From Eledone cirrhosa (Eukaryota), in contig OZ024741.1 in assembly GCA_964016885.1 (NCBI GenBank), positions 137,888,001-137,952,000 on the forward strand: 64,000 nucleotides of DNA, given 5' to 3'. The notes beneath the pieces were generated by a model. That model made no database searches. It was not told the DNA's origin and saw only the letters and a list, made by a program, of their open reading frames with translations. The position numbers and the translations under genes are program-made. Below are positions 42,801 through 57,576 of this stretch, piece by piece. Numbering within the stretch: position 1 is the first letter of the stretch; each line of letters begins with the position of its first letter.

Positions 42801-44855
42801 GATCCACTCACTAAGTACCAGTCTCATAAGGAATATATATACATTGAAATAGTTTGTAAATTTAATGATAACTCACCATACTCCATTCAAGTTGGATTTG
42901 AAGTTGTCACCCTCGGCTTTGTGCACAAAAATTACCATTAGCTCCAATTAATTATTCTAGTCATTACGTGAGAAATTCTAATCAATTTTTGCTTACTACG
43001 TTGTTATTTGAACTATATTTGTAATATATATTTGTAATATTCTATATTTGTAATATTCTGCAAGCAGAAGAATATTATTTTTGTTGTAGATAACTTGCTG
43101 ATCACATGCTGTGCCTAATGATCATTGCTGTTGACAAAAGAAAGTACTTGTAGGCTGGTCAGCACTAGATACATGTGTTGTTTAAAATATATCACATTCT
43201 GTGAATAAAATCATGAAAGGTAACGGTTATTTACATGGCGAATCACTAATTCACTGGTGATATATGGAAGTGTGTCTGATATTTTGGCAGAAGATACTCG
43301 CACAAAACAGTTTTACGCGACAACACAGTTTGTTTTCTTTTGTTGAAGATGCTTAGGCCGATATATAGCTACCGAACATTAACATACACATTCAAACATT
43401 GAATATTAAATACTCACGCGTACCAGCTACATATATTCACTCAACTACCAATACAGCAATAGACACACGCCAGTGCATGACAGCCAATCACACTTGCATA
43501 TAGTTATGTATATATGACTGGAAAAGGAAATGTCATATAATTTTTATCCAATTATTCAGGGACTGAAATTGCTTCTGTCTCTGGTTTATCCTCTGTACGG
43601 ATATCTGTCTGTTTCTATAGTTTTGTCAACATTTGTCAGCCTAACATAAATAGATTCTGCGACAATATATAGCACGACTTTTATATACTTGTCGATATAT
43701 CAGCTGCTATCTTAGCAAACACATTGTGTTAATATCAGAAGAAATCTATCATGGATGTTTATCTCTGAACATTTCAACAACTCGTCCATCATTCTACTTC
43801 CCGTGAGACTTACTAATAAAATAACCATTTATTGAATTGTAGCACTTCAAGTTTAAACTCAATGGGAAAAGGAAAAAGGAAAAGGACAGCGATGGCCGTT
43901 CATTATTGTTTTTCTTTTTGTCTCACTATCAGATTTTCCAACGTTTCATAAAGTGTGTAATTGCTTTCTGCGATAAGTAAATTAAACATATATTCTTTCG
44001 GACACACCCGAACATAGCACATACATACATACACGCGCACATACATACATACATACATACATACATACATACATACATACATACATACATACATACATAC
44101 ATACATACATACATACATACAATGCGTTTGAATAGTTTAAAACAGAAATAAAACGCTGAAATATTTCACGGAAAATTACACTGTTGTTATCGGTAATATA
44201 AGATGATATATATCTTGAGCTTCCAGTTTCATTGGCTAAACAATTCAATTTCTGTTATAAAAGTAAATTTATTTATTCTTTTTATTCTTTTCTGTTTCAT
44301 AGATCTGTACATGCGTTCTAATTTGCAATTTAAAACCATCCACCTAACTTTATTCAATTATCTCTAGATGGATTTTGTGATAGGAAATAAAAATAAAGGT
44401 AAGTGAAAATAATCTAGCAAAATACATTAGACAAATATATTCAGTTCTTGGCGATTATATTATTTACTTCATCGTTTTCAATACAGATATCGCTGTGCTT
44501 TTATGGATATAAACGTTACAAAAGCCGAAGATAGATACGAACGAAAGTGTCACTTTCTATAGCAATTATTGTAAAAGTCAGGCTGACAATTTTTATTGAT
44601 TATGTTGTCATAGAGTGTCTTGATCTCAGAATACTATGGGTACTTCGTTAGGTCGATTGTAGAAATATGAGATTTATAAACAAATCTATATGCCTGGGCA
44701 TGCCTGTGGAGTTACAGTCATCGCTTCACAATTAGATTATCCTGGGTTCAGTCATGCTACGAATCATCTTGGGTAAAATTCTACAGCGTTGGATTGAAGA
44801 GAACAATGCCTCGTGAATGGGTTTTAGTAGACGGAAACTACAGAAGTCCGTTATA

Positions 44856-44914
<59 letters not shown>

Positions 44915-44918
44915 ATGT

Positions 44919-45380
44919 ATTAAAATTTCGTATTTCTAAAGAAATACGGTATTTTTATGGATAAAAATTTAGAAAGCCGTAGCTATGCAAAACACCGGGA
45001 TTATCGCTCTCTGGTGGCAAGGGGGACAATCGTTAATGCATTTCTAACTTAACTGGATCTGATCAGGACGATCCCTCCCACGCTTGCGACTGCTGGACTG
45101 GAAAGCAGGCGAGAATATAGGGTTTTCTCGTCTGTGTAAATGAGGTGATTAATCTCATTTGCATATGAAGCTGCATAAGTTGGCTCAACTTATAATAGCA
45201 TAGAATTAGGAATTAGCTTCGTGCATAGCTGTATACAGTTATGTATTGAGATTTCATATTTCTAGGAAAATACGGTGTTTATAGATATACATTTAGAAAT
45301 CCGTATCTATGCAAAACACCGGGGCTATATGAAATTTCAATACATATCTGTATACAGCTATGCACGAAGCTAATTCCTAC
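44919..45380. mobile_element. Mini-element family F: direct repeats (44919-44998, 45243-45322) plus an inverted end (45206-45258 / 45327-45379)
   Basis: Both repeat types visible; microsatellite flanks; no clear ribozyme. Confidence 0.65.
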
Positions 45381-45417
<37 letters not shown>

Positions 45418-45442
45418 GACTAGAAGAATTATATATATACAC

Positions 45443-45485
<43 letters not shown>

Positions 45486-45494
45486 CACACAAAC

Positions 45495-45527
<33 letters not shown>

Positions 45528-45536
45528 ATGTGTGTG

Positions 45537-45579
<43 letters not shown>

Positions 45580-45582
<3 letters not shown>

Positions 45583-45833
45583 GTATAATAAACAATACAA
45601 TATAATTACCTCATTACCAGATGTTTCCCGAATAAGATGAATACAAGAAACGTCCGCATTCGTTCATCAGACAATTGAACGCGGACGTTCTGTGTATTCG
45701 CCTTATTCGGGAAACCTCTGGTAATGAGGTAATTATATTGTATTCTTTATTATACATTAAATTTAGCTCTGTAACTTACATAGAGCACTCTTCACTCCTA
45801 TGACTTTTTCAATTTTCAACGGAAACTTCAATA

Positions 45834-45836
<3 letters not shown>
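45580..45836. mobile_element. Fold-back mini-element family G; arms ~45580-45657 / 45681-45759
   Basis: Inverted repeat plus tail in (TA)n; minus strand CTGATGA-acgaat...attcgg-GAAA-catctgGTA hammerhead-like motif at ~45611-45675. Confidence 0.78.
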
Positions 45837-45913
<77 letters not shown>

Positions 45914-45920
45914 CAAGAGG

Positions 45921-45961
<41 letters not shown>

Positions 45962-45974
45962 CACACACACACAC

Positions 45975-46010
<36 letters not shown>

Positions 46011-46110
46011 TAGGAATTCAGTCCACGCTTTGCTATTTTCTATCCACTGAATTATTTTTGAATAAGTTTCCAGAGTCCACGCTTTGCCTGGATACTTAGC
46101 TGAGAATAGT

Positions 46111-46190
46111 CTTCCCTGACGGCGAAATGATTCTCAACATTTTCTTCGGAAAGTATATTTATTCCATTTCAGAAACTAATTAGTTGGGAG
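46111..46190 (+). ncRNA. Family H hammerhead with an A9G substitution
   Basis: cttcc-CTGACGG-c-gaaatg...catttc-a-GAAA-ctaattag-TT-gggag. Confidence 0.6.
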
Positions 46191-46236
46191 TGAAATTTTA
46201 GTAAGTAAGTTAATTTTATAATTTTCTTATTTTACG

Positions 46237-46329
<93 letters not shown>

Positions 46330-46375
46330 TATATTAAGTGACAAGAGGAATTGCAACTTTTTGTAAACGTTATTA

Positions 46376-46462
46376 CATATTACAATGTGTTTCTATATCG
46401 ACCACCTTGGATTTGATCATGTTATCAGATCCCGAAACTAAATCCACACTTCTTCAGATATG
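46376..46462 (-). ncRNA. Type I hammerhead ribozyme in a (TA)n-embedded pLTR-like fragment (~46335-46670)
   Basis: catat-CTGAAGA-(long helix II with ggattt/aaatcc)-GAAA-cacattg-TA-atatg. Confidence 0.68.
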
Positions 46463-46677
46463 AGAGTTTAGGTAAAATGACATTTTTTTCTTAATATAAT
46501 TTTTGCTTGCTATGTTCTAGAAATAGTAATGTTCTTTATTATTATACCTAAATAATATTTTGAATAAATAAATAGTGCTCTCCATATTACATATTTTAGC
46601 CAGTATAAAGCATAATTAAGGTGATTTATGGTATAATATGATTGGGATAAACTTTATTTTAATCCACTTTTATAATG

Positions 46678-46747
<70 letters not shown>

Positions 46748-47854
46748 TATGTACACCACACTCACACGTACACCCAACCCATCCCACACACACAGTCACA
46801 CAGACACATACACACGCACATATATTCGTATATATATGGTATAAATCGAAGTGGGAATCACAGTAGAGGTGTTACCGATCGTATTGTTTAAGGCGGTCGA
46901 AAACACTCGATGTTGCGAAAAGTTAATACATTTTCATCCAGAGTAAGCACAAGATAAGAAAGTGTGATACCATGAATAAATTGACCAGACGTATGTGGCC
47001 ATAGTTAGTAACCACAGCAACGCAAAATAAAAAAAAAGTTATGAGACAGACATCTCGAATAGATAAGAATCGATAGAAATCTTTGATAGGTTTCTGGGAC
47101 CTCACCATAAATTGTAACTGCACATATATATTATCTAGCGGTGGAACTGGATATCCTTTCCTCAGCAGGTATTCGTTTATTATTATCCGACGTAGTTCTG
47201 CCACGATTCGATTATATATTTATATATACGCATCCTCACACACACACTCACACGTACAGACAGACAGATAGACACACACACACACATACACCCCCCCCCC
47301 ACACACACACACATACACAAGCACACACATATATAAACAATGTTGTTTTGGAGATAGAGATGGACCGCAATTCTATTAGAATTCATAGAATAGGATGGAA
47401 GAAAAGGAAAAGAAAAGTGACGGAAGAACAGAAAAAGAAAAGAAGCAGCGAGAAGAAGGAAAGAGCGTGGGACAGAGAGAGAAAAGAGAAAACTATAGCC
47501 GCTCTTAGAGTTGAAGAGGTCAAATGGTGTTTAAGTGATCTTGTCTCGTTCATTTTTTCCTTTATTTCTTTCTCCCTTTCACATCTGGGGCTCAACACGC
47601 TTCAAGCCACTGATTTCTGTTAGTTGAGGTAATTTTCACCCGTCACTGTCATTGACGGTATTTTACTATTTTAACAGCTATACTTGCGTTGAACTTTTCT
47701 CATTATTCTATGAATATATGTATGAATATTTACATACACACGCACACAAACACACGCATACGCATTCATACACACACAACCACACTCTCAGGTACACAAT
47801 ACTCACACATGTACACACACATACTCACACACACGCATACATACACAAACACAG

Positions 47855-47915
<61 letters not shown>

Positions 47916-47926
47916 TAAATATATAT

Positions 47927-48560
47927 AGTGAAAACTTTGACGGGAATAAAAACAGAAAGGTAGTACAAATAAAGATTTATTAGGTTCACGCTCTTGAGAG
48001 TGGGGGTGGGTGGGTGACATTTCAGGCATAACACCTTCATCAGGAGAAAATTGCGTAGGAAGAGAGTTCCGAGGGTGTGTGGGGGAGTGGTGGAGAGACA
48101 TTTAGTAAAAAGTGGGGGAGAGAAAAGGGAGGAAAAAAGGTGGAAGGGGTACAAATAAAAATAAAAATAAACATAAAGATAAACAAGTGCTGGAAAGGTG
48201 TGAGGTGTGTATGAGGAGGGGGGAGGGAGGCGGGGGCTCACAGCGGGGAGGGCTGAAGGTGGTATTTGTGTATGTGTGTAGGTGTACGTGTGTGTGTGTG
48301 CGTATATATGTGAATGTGAGAGTTGGGGGAAGAACGAGGTTCCATGTTCAGGTAAAGGTTTGTGTGTGAGTTGGGGTGTAGGTCGGTGTGTGCGTGCGTG
48401 TGGATAGAGAGGGATCAGACGGTTGGAGAAATGGCGTGTCGATACCGGAGGCAAAGTGTGTATATGTGGGGGTACGAACGTGTTTTTTTGGTGTTTATAC
48501 GTGGTGTGGATGTAGGTGGCGTGGTTCGAAAGAAAATGTCAGTGTATGTCCGTGAGTAAG
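47927..48560 (-). mobile_element. pLTR-like 3' fragment with a hammerhead core at 48015-48048
   Basis: Minus strand CTGATGA-agg(tgttatg)cct-GAAA; aataaa then (TA)n at its 3' end. Confidence 0.5.
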
Positions 48561-50223
48561 TTCTCATCATGTACTCTCGTTACGTAGACGACATCAATAT
48601 AGTAATAAGGACATCCTCACAAGAGAGTACTAACAAGTTTGATTTAGAACGTATCACAATGGAAAGCATCCAGCAGATAGCTAATTTCATACACCAGAGT
48701 ATAACTGTAACTATCGACTACCCTTCCAAACATCCTAACAATAGATTACCTGTATTAGACACGGAACTCTGGATTAACACTATAGACGAGAGAGCCCAAA
48801 TTCTCCACTCACACTATGCTAAACCCATGGCCTCCAAATACCTGATACTCAAAAACTCAGCAATGTCCAGTAGTGCTAAGTTTAATATTTTGATCGCAGA
48901 CTTGGTACGAGTGATGAAGAACGTGTGCCGCATGTGCGACCCAAAAGAAATGGAAAGACACATCCAACACTTCATCAACTGCATGCAGTTGTCTGGCTAC
49001 AACCAAAGAGACAGAATCAGAGTATACGAAGGAGCCACGGAGAAGTATAAGACCTTCATAGAACTGGACATGAAAGGGATTTGCCCATTATACAGGAGCA
49101 AATCATGGAATAGCTTAGATAGGACTAGACATAATATAGGGAAAGCCACCTCATGGTACGACAACCAGAGTGTCATGTCTGTTGACGCTACCTCTGGAGG
49201 GAAATTAGCTAACCAGTGTAGAAAGGCCCTGTGAAAGACCCACTTAAAGATTAAGGTGGTAGAAAAGCCAGGAACCACCATAAAATCCCTGATCAGCAAA
49301 ACCTACCCTTTTAAGCAAACCCACTGTACTAATTGAAAATGTATTATATATAAAGTAAACCCCCGGATAAAGTGTAAAACTAGAAACGTAGTCTATAGCA
49401 TAAGATGTACAGAGGGTACTTGCAGAAACATAACAACAACATACATAGGCGAGACAGCTCGTAGCATAGGTGAAAGGATAGACCAACACTGGGGGGAACT
49501 AAAAGGATGAAAAAACGGTTCCGTACTATACGAACATGCCAGACAAAAAAAAACACGACGGTAACATAGACAACATAGAAATTAGAATAATATCTAAACA
49601 TAGAAATGACCCAGCAGATAGGCAAATCTGAGGGGCCAGCGAAATAGAACTTAGAAGGCCAAGGCTAAACAGAATAAAATGAAAGGAATAACAACACCCA
49701 AACAAACAACACTGACCTAAGAGAAGTATAAATGAATAAATAAATACATACACAAGCACAATAACAACAAACACATATAAACACACACTAGTAAACTAAG
49801 ATAGAATACAATAACCAATACGCAGTCACCCAAACACGAACACACATCAAACAAAACACTATACACACACGCAAACGCATGCGCAGAGAAGACAAAAAAA
49901 TAATAATAAATAAATAAATAAATAAATAAATAAACAGACTAAATAAAGATGGCGTAGCCATACAATACAACGGGAAGAAACATAATATCACCACTGACAA
50001 TGTTGCAGATGTGCAACGAAAGAACATATAACGAAAGACTATATATATGTGTTTGTGTCTATATTGTATCTGTATTTTTGACCGTTGGTCGGTTAGTGTC
50101 AACATTGAGGATCAAAAAAATTAAATTAACCGATATAAAAGACACTGAAGCGAAAACCAACCAAACAGTGAGTGTGTTCTGTTATTAATTCTGGCAATAT
50201 TATTACACAAATATGACCCTCCC

Positions 50224-50227
<4 letters not shown>
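48561..50227 (+). mobile_element. 5'-truncated PLE, family 2 subfamily (RT C-half, degenerate GIY-YIG, pLTR)
   Basis: ORF 48569-49234 YSRYVDD..LPVLDTELW..LIADLVRVM..MQLSGY, then VVYSIRC..YIGETARSIGER; ends gaccctccc plus (TA)n like 9664. Confidence 0.9.
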
Positions 50228-50272
<45 letters not shown>

Positions 50273-51292
50273 CTCTGTATATATGTATATATGTATATAT
50301 GTATATATGTATATCATATATGCACTTGTGGAGCAGCACGTCTAATATAACTGTATTAGTGTTGAGTCCAGGATTGGTACGCTTTATATACCAGGATGAA
50401 CTGGATATTTCAACAATCACAAAACTGGAAAATGTGCATTGTTATAAAATAATAATTTGCATAAGAGAGAACCTATATTTCATGTTGATTACTGGTACGC
50501 GGAAAAGGCTAAATCGAAAAAGTTTTTCTTAAATGTTTTAATTCTAGTATATAAATATATGAAATTTCTGCATGTAAAAATGAAACAAGATTAAATTTAT
50601 GTGTAACATTGGACAAAACACTCGTTACAGAAAACGTTCGGCTATAAAACTAGGAAATTGTGATTAGAAAGTGAACTTCTTATTGCAGCAACATGACTGA
50701 GATGGGAAATGCATTGTATGTTATGTACTGGAATATATGTAAATATAAAAGCACGCGTGACTTATTCTGGTTGATATACATTTTATGCATAATGCACCCC
50801 TGACTGATTAGGACACTGTTTGTATTAATGTATCGATAACTTGATGGGCGGATGGATATTAATGGGTTTGAGAGAAAGCTGTATAAAAGGGCGAATAACT
50901 TAAATCAAACTGTCCAGAATCAGGGATAGAGGTTATAACCCTGCAGGAAACTATCTGATAAATTTATAACACTAACTCTTTTCTCATATATTTTGCTCAA
51001 GTGAAGGCACGTGGCTAAATGGTACGTAGGCTCGGTAAGATCATGGGATCGAAAGCCGTACCGAGCAGCGTATTACGTAATTCATCAAGGCACTGAATTT
51101 CACGTTACTTTAGTCAACTCACCGGATAAATAGAGTTGGGGGAGGCACTGATTCCAATCTATATAGGCCTTTGCATCTCCTTTGAACAATAGCAGTGGCT
51201 TGGAGGGGGAAGACTTGAATGTAGAAGCGACTGCCGACCTTTTACACAAACATTGCCTTGGCAAATCCATTAGCAGTCATACAACCTTTGGG

Positions 51293-51413
<121 letters not shown>

Positions 51414-52928
51414 CTCTCCCTCTCTCTCTCTCTCTTCTGACAACGAGTACTCCACTATTTCAAATGACTGGATAGCCTGTTCGCGAAATTACCCTTCAAA
51501 TGGCTGAGCATATAGATATGCGCAAATTTAACGTATTCTTTGGGGAGACATAGCATGTAAAATGTTGGACAAGGCGAAATAAAGTGTCTTGCACAAAACG
51601 TGTCACCAGGAATCAGTATTACAGCCTTTCGAACGTGTGTCGAACACTCTAACCATTAAACTTCATACTTTCATATAATTTATTAAATACCATTAAAGAT
51701 AAGGTCAAAGTATCAATGCTAATAATCTCAGCCTTTGTGTAGCTGCGTTTAAAGGAAAGAATAAAAACTAATTTTCTGACAGAATATTCTTCGAAACACT
51801 AAAGGGAAGATATATAAAGGAAACTCAGGAGCAAACAGCCATAAACCTAACCAGTGAAGTATTTACATCTCAGTTTCAGGGAGATTTCTAAATTTACGTA
51901 TTATTCAAAATGGCGAAACGCCATTTTACTAATCGAAAATGCTTGTATTGTAATAGTCGAGGTGTAAGCTTTCAAATACAAAATGACCTTCCATTTTGTT
52001 TTGATGATTCAGGACATTAAACGTCAACGGAAACTTTGTTTCCCTAAGACATTGGATGTGTATTATATTCCACTATTAATTTGATATATTATATTACAAT
52101 CCAAAGAATGATAAAGGCTTTATCTTATGTATACTGCAAATTCTGTAAATAGATTGAGTGTCAGAAAATAAACAATATTCTTTGCAACATTAACCTATCT
52201 ACGCACACCGTTTATGGCTGAACGTTAAAAAGGTCGCCATCTTAGCTATTTACATAAAATACTTAGTAGTTTCGATTTACTTAGAAAGTCTAATATATGA
52301 TGTGTGTTTATCATTCGTTATCAGAAGAGCAATAACATCTATTTCAAATTGAATGCGTTGCATTGTTTTAATACACAAACACACACACACGCACACACGC
52401 ACACATACACTTACACACTTACACACATGCACACACACACCCGTACTCCCTCACACACGCATGCGCACACAAACATACATACACACATATATACACATAT
52501 ATACACACCCATATATATATATGCACATTGATACCTCTGGAATATGGTTGTATGTATGTGTATGTATGGCAGGGAGAGAGAGAAAGAAATAGAATGAGAC
52601 CAAGAAAGGATAGAAAAGATGCAGTACCAGAAAAACACTTATGTATCCTCCAAAATCTTCTCGTCTCTCTCCCAATTCTACACCATTATAACACTCATAC
52701 TTTCTACATATCGTTTCATGAAGCATTAGTGTCTCAATCAACCGGCTGTTTCTTTTATTTTGCACTTCTACTCTAATAAAACCTTTAATCTCTCTACATT
52801 ATTTTATACAAAAACCCAGTGTATTCCCATGTTCGATGTTAGGTGTTTTATGTGTAATAGTTCCAGATGTTTCGCGGTATCTGATCCAGCTCTCTGCGTA
52901 ATGATGTCACATTTGGCAAAGAGCATCA

Positions 52929-53122
52929 ATAATTGTTTGAATTTTTGCCACAAAGCCAGCAATTATACCAGTGCATTACTGGTGCTTTATTTTATCGACC
53001 CCGTAAGGATGAAAGGCAAAGTTAACCTCGGCGGGATTTGAACTCAGACCGTAAAGGGACGTACATCTATGCTGCAAAGCATAGCGTCCGATCCTCTACC
53101 GATACTGCCAATCCACCACCCT
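52929..53122 (-). mobile_element. MetaSINE-like SINE
   Basis: Full head, core and tail on the minus strand. Confidence 0.88.
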
Positions 53123-54064
53123 TAGAATATCAATAATGGAAATACAATAGAAACATAAGTGCTTTGATCAGATCTAACGATCGGTTTCTTTACCTTTTCT
53201 TCTCAAGATATAAATGAGTTATGAATTTAATTAAAACTTATCTTCATCTCCTCGTGCAACAACGTATGTACGAAATCTCCAGCCGAAACCAACGTATCTC
53301 TTTATAATATCTGTTTCATTTCACGTATATCTTCCAGTGTCCTATCTAAGAGTCCGTAATGGCGTTGAGAAAGGTTTTCTTATATTCTCTCATTGAGACC
53401 GTATCAGATTCGAAAACAAAATCTAATATATTTAGACATTATCTTGGTTTCAAAGTCAAGAATATAATTATCATTGATATGAAACAGGTTTCTCTGAATT
53501 CAGTATTACCTTGTATTAACTTCATTCATTAAGTTCAATGTGATATATTAGCCATTATCAAAATTATAAAGTTAGTTTATTTACATGAAATTATACAACT
53601 GACATCAATAAGTCCCGAAACGATATAATGCAACCAATTATGGTTGATGAGTTGAATGTTAATATCAAGAATATGTTCTAGTGTAAGACAAAAAGAGAAA
53701 TTCATGAGACTTAATCATTCGTTATTTCTTTTATCAAATTTATCTAAACCAGAAATAAGGCGGTGAAGTGAAAGTCGTTAGGGCTTTGGATAGATTGTTT
53801 CAGTGTATTCTTCCTGGCTCTCCGCCTTCTGAGTTCGAATTTTCCCTAGGTGAACTTTGCCTTTCATGTCGTTAATATAACATCCATATATGAACGTGAT
53901 TCTTCGTTTAACTCTCTTTCCCATTTATCCATCACTGTCAATATCTCTCTCCCTCTATCCATCTTCCCTCTTCCAACCATCTCTTTGCATCCATCTCTCT
54001 ACATCCATCTCTGTACACCCGTGTCTCTACGTCCGTCTCCTTCCCTCTTTCACACTTTCTCCTT

Positions 54065-55962
<1,898 letters not shown>

Positions 55963-56135
55963 AAATAAATATATATATATATATATATATAGATTTTGAG
56001 TTTATGTTGGTTGTATACCAACACCTCAGTATGCAGGCTGGAGCACTCGACGAAGTGCGCAGGTTGGTTTGGTTATTCCGGAGTAGTGTAAAATAAAGTT
56101 AAATAAAAGTCAAATGATTAAAATTTAGCTTCGTT

Positions 56136-56190
56136 ACTGCTATATATATTTCAGTGACAGCCATCTTTGGCTGTGACCTCTTCAGGCAGT
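56136..56190 (-). ncRNA. Minimal hammerhead in the 3' pLTR
   Basis: actgc-CTGAAGA-ggtcacagcca(aaga)tggctgtcact-GAAA-tatata-TA-gcagt. Confidence 0.85.
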
Positions 56191-56927
56191 TTGAATTAGT
56201 ATGGTATAGACAAGTACATATGTTGTTTAGGTGTATAATATTGTCAATACTCTGATATGCCCAGTTCCTTGTTGGGTTGTTAATTCACTGAGGAACTGGA
56301 GTCATATGAATTCAAACAAACGAATTTCAGTGTCAAAGGTCCCCTTCTCCTCTCATTGGTCAGTTATTAGAACATTCCTCATTCTAAGTGTTGTTATTGT
56401 TGGAGTTAGCTTAAAAATTGATAAAATAGTAGAAGGGACAAGGTGTTAAAGGAACAAAATAACAAAAAAGGTGTCAAACTTCCCATTGGTCAGTTCTGAA
56501 AGCATTCCTCAGTCAGAAGTCTATAGAATTCTTTCTGCGGTGAGGCTCCCTGTAGTGTTTTCGCCTGCTATTGTTCAGTACATTTGACCTCCACCATTAT
56601 TTTGGTACTGTTGTTGGTGTAGTGGTCAGCTTATATCTTGCTGCTGCTAACAATTTAGCACTATCCAGTTTGTGTTTTTTTTTTTTTTTTCCTTCATCCC
56701 GCCCGCCACCATCGTAGTGGTGGGGGGGGGGGGGGTTCTTCCATGTATATGAAGAAATATAAGGCAGTAAATGAAGAAAACAGAAAATAAATAAATAATA
56801 TAATAAAATAATTAATATAATTTGTGTAATTTGAAAATAAATAAATAAATAGAGAATAAAGAATAAAGAATAAATGAGAGATTGGTGAAAAAGTAATGAA
56901 AATGCATATGGAGAAGTGAGAAATAAT

Positions 56928-57118
56928 TGTTTCTACTTTAGGCACAAGGCCAGCAATTACCCAGTGCATTACTGGTACTTTATTTTATCGACCCCGTAAG
57001 GATGAAAGGCAAAGTCAACCTCGGCGGGATTTGAACTCAGATCGTAAAGGGACGTAACTATGCTGGAAAGCATGGCGTCCGATCCTCTACCGATACTGCC
57101 AATCCACCGTCCTAAGGG
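56928..57118 (-). mobile_element. MetaSINE-like SINE inserted in the 3' pLTR with a 15-bp target-site duplication
   Basis: gaagtgagaaataat at 56913-56927 and 57119-57133; empty site in the other pLTR near 61227-61241. Confidence 0.92.
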
Positions 57119-57576
57119 GAAGTGAGAAATAATGTAGTATGAAGTGTCAGAATATGTTGGATAGATTGGTATGAGACAAGATGTTAAGATGAGATATTCA
57201 AACTCAATGTGTTTGTGTTATAATCTATCTCAACTTAAAATAAATATAAGGTGATACAGTGAAGAGGGCAGAAAACAAATAACAAATTAATAAAGAGAAA
57301 TCAAGATTTAAGATTGGAACTTGAAAGTCAGAAATCTGGTAAATTATAAGTGTTTGTGTTATAGATGTTGGCCAAATTATTATGGCTGTGTCCGATTATA
57401 TCTCTGGGCTATCATGGTGTCTGCTCCGCCTGGGTTGTTCCCTGTGGCTTGTGGGGAGTTGACAACCTAGGGTGTTGTTATTGCCCATATAGCTTGAGGG
57501 AGGTCTGGCCGAGAGGTGTTTTCATGTTCTGTAGAAGTCCCTATAGCTTGAAGGTAGTACACACCTTCTTGTGTTA

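Noticed and set aside
57520-57530. TGA at a Cys-equivalent position (selenocysteine, as in some Naiad PLEs)
   Set aside because: It lies in a decayed duplicate downstream of the stop codon with a frameshift; the main ORF has no in-frame TGA at Cys sites
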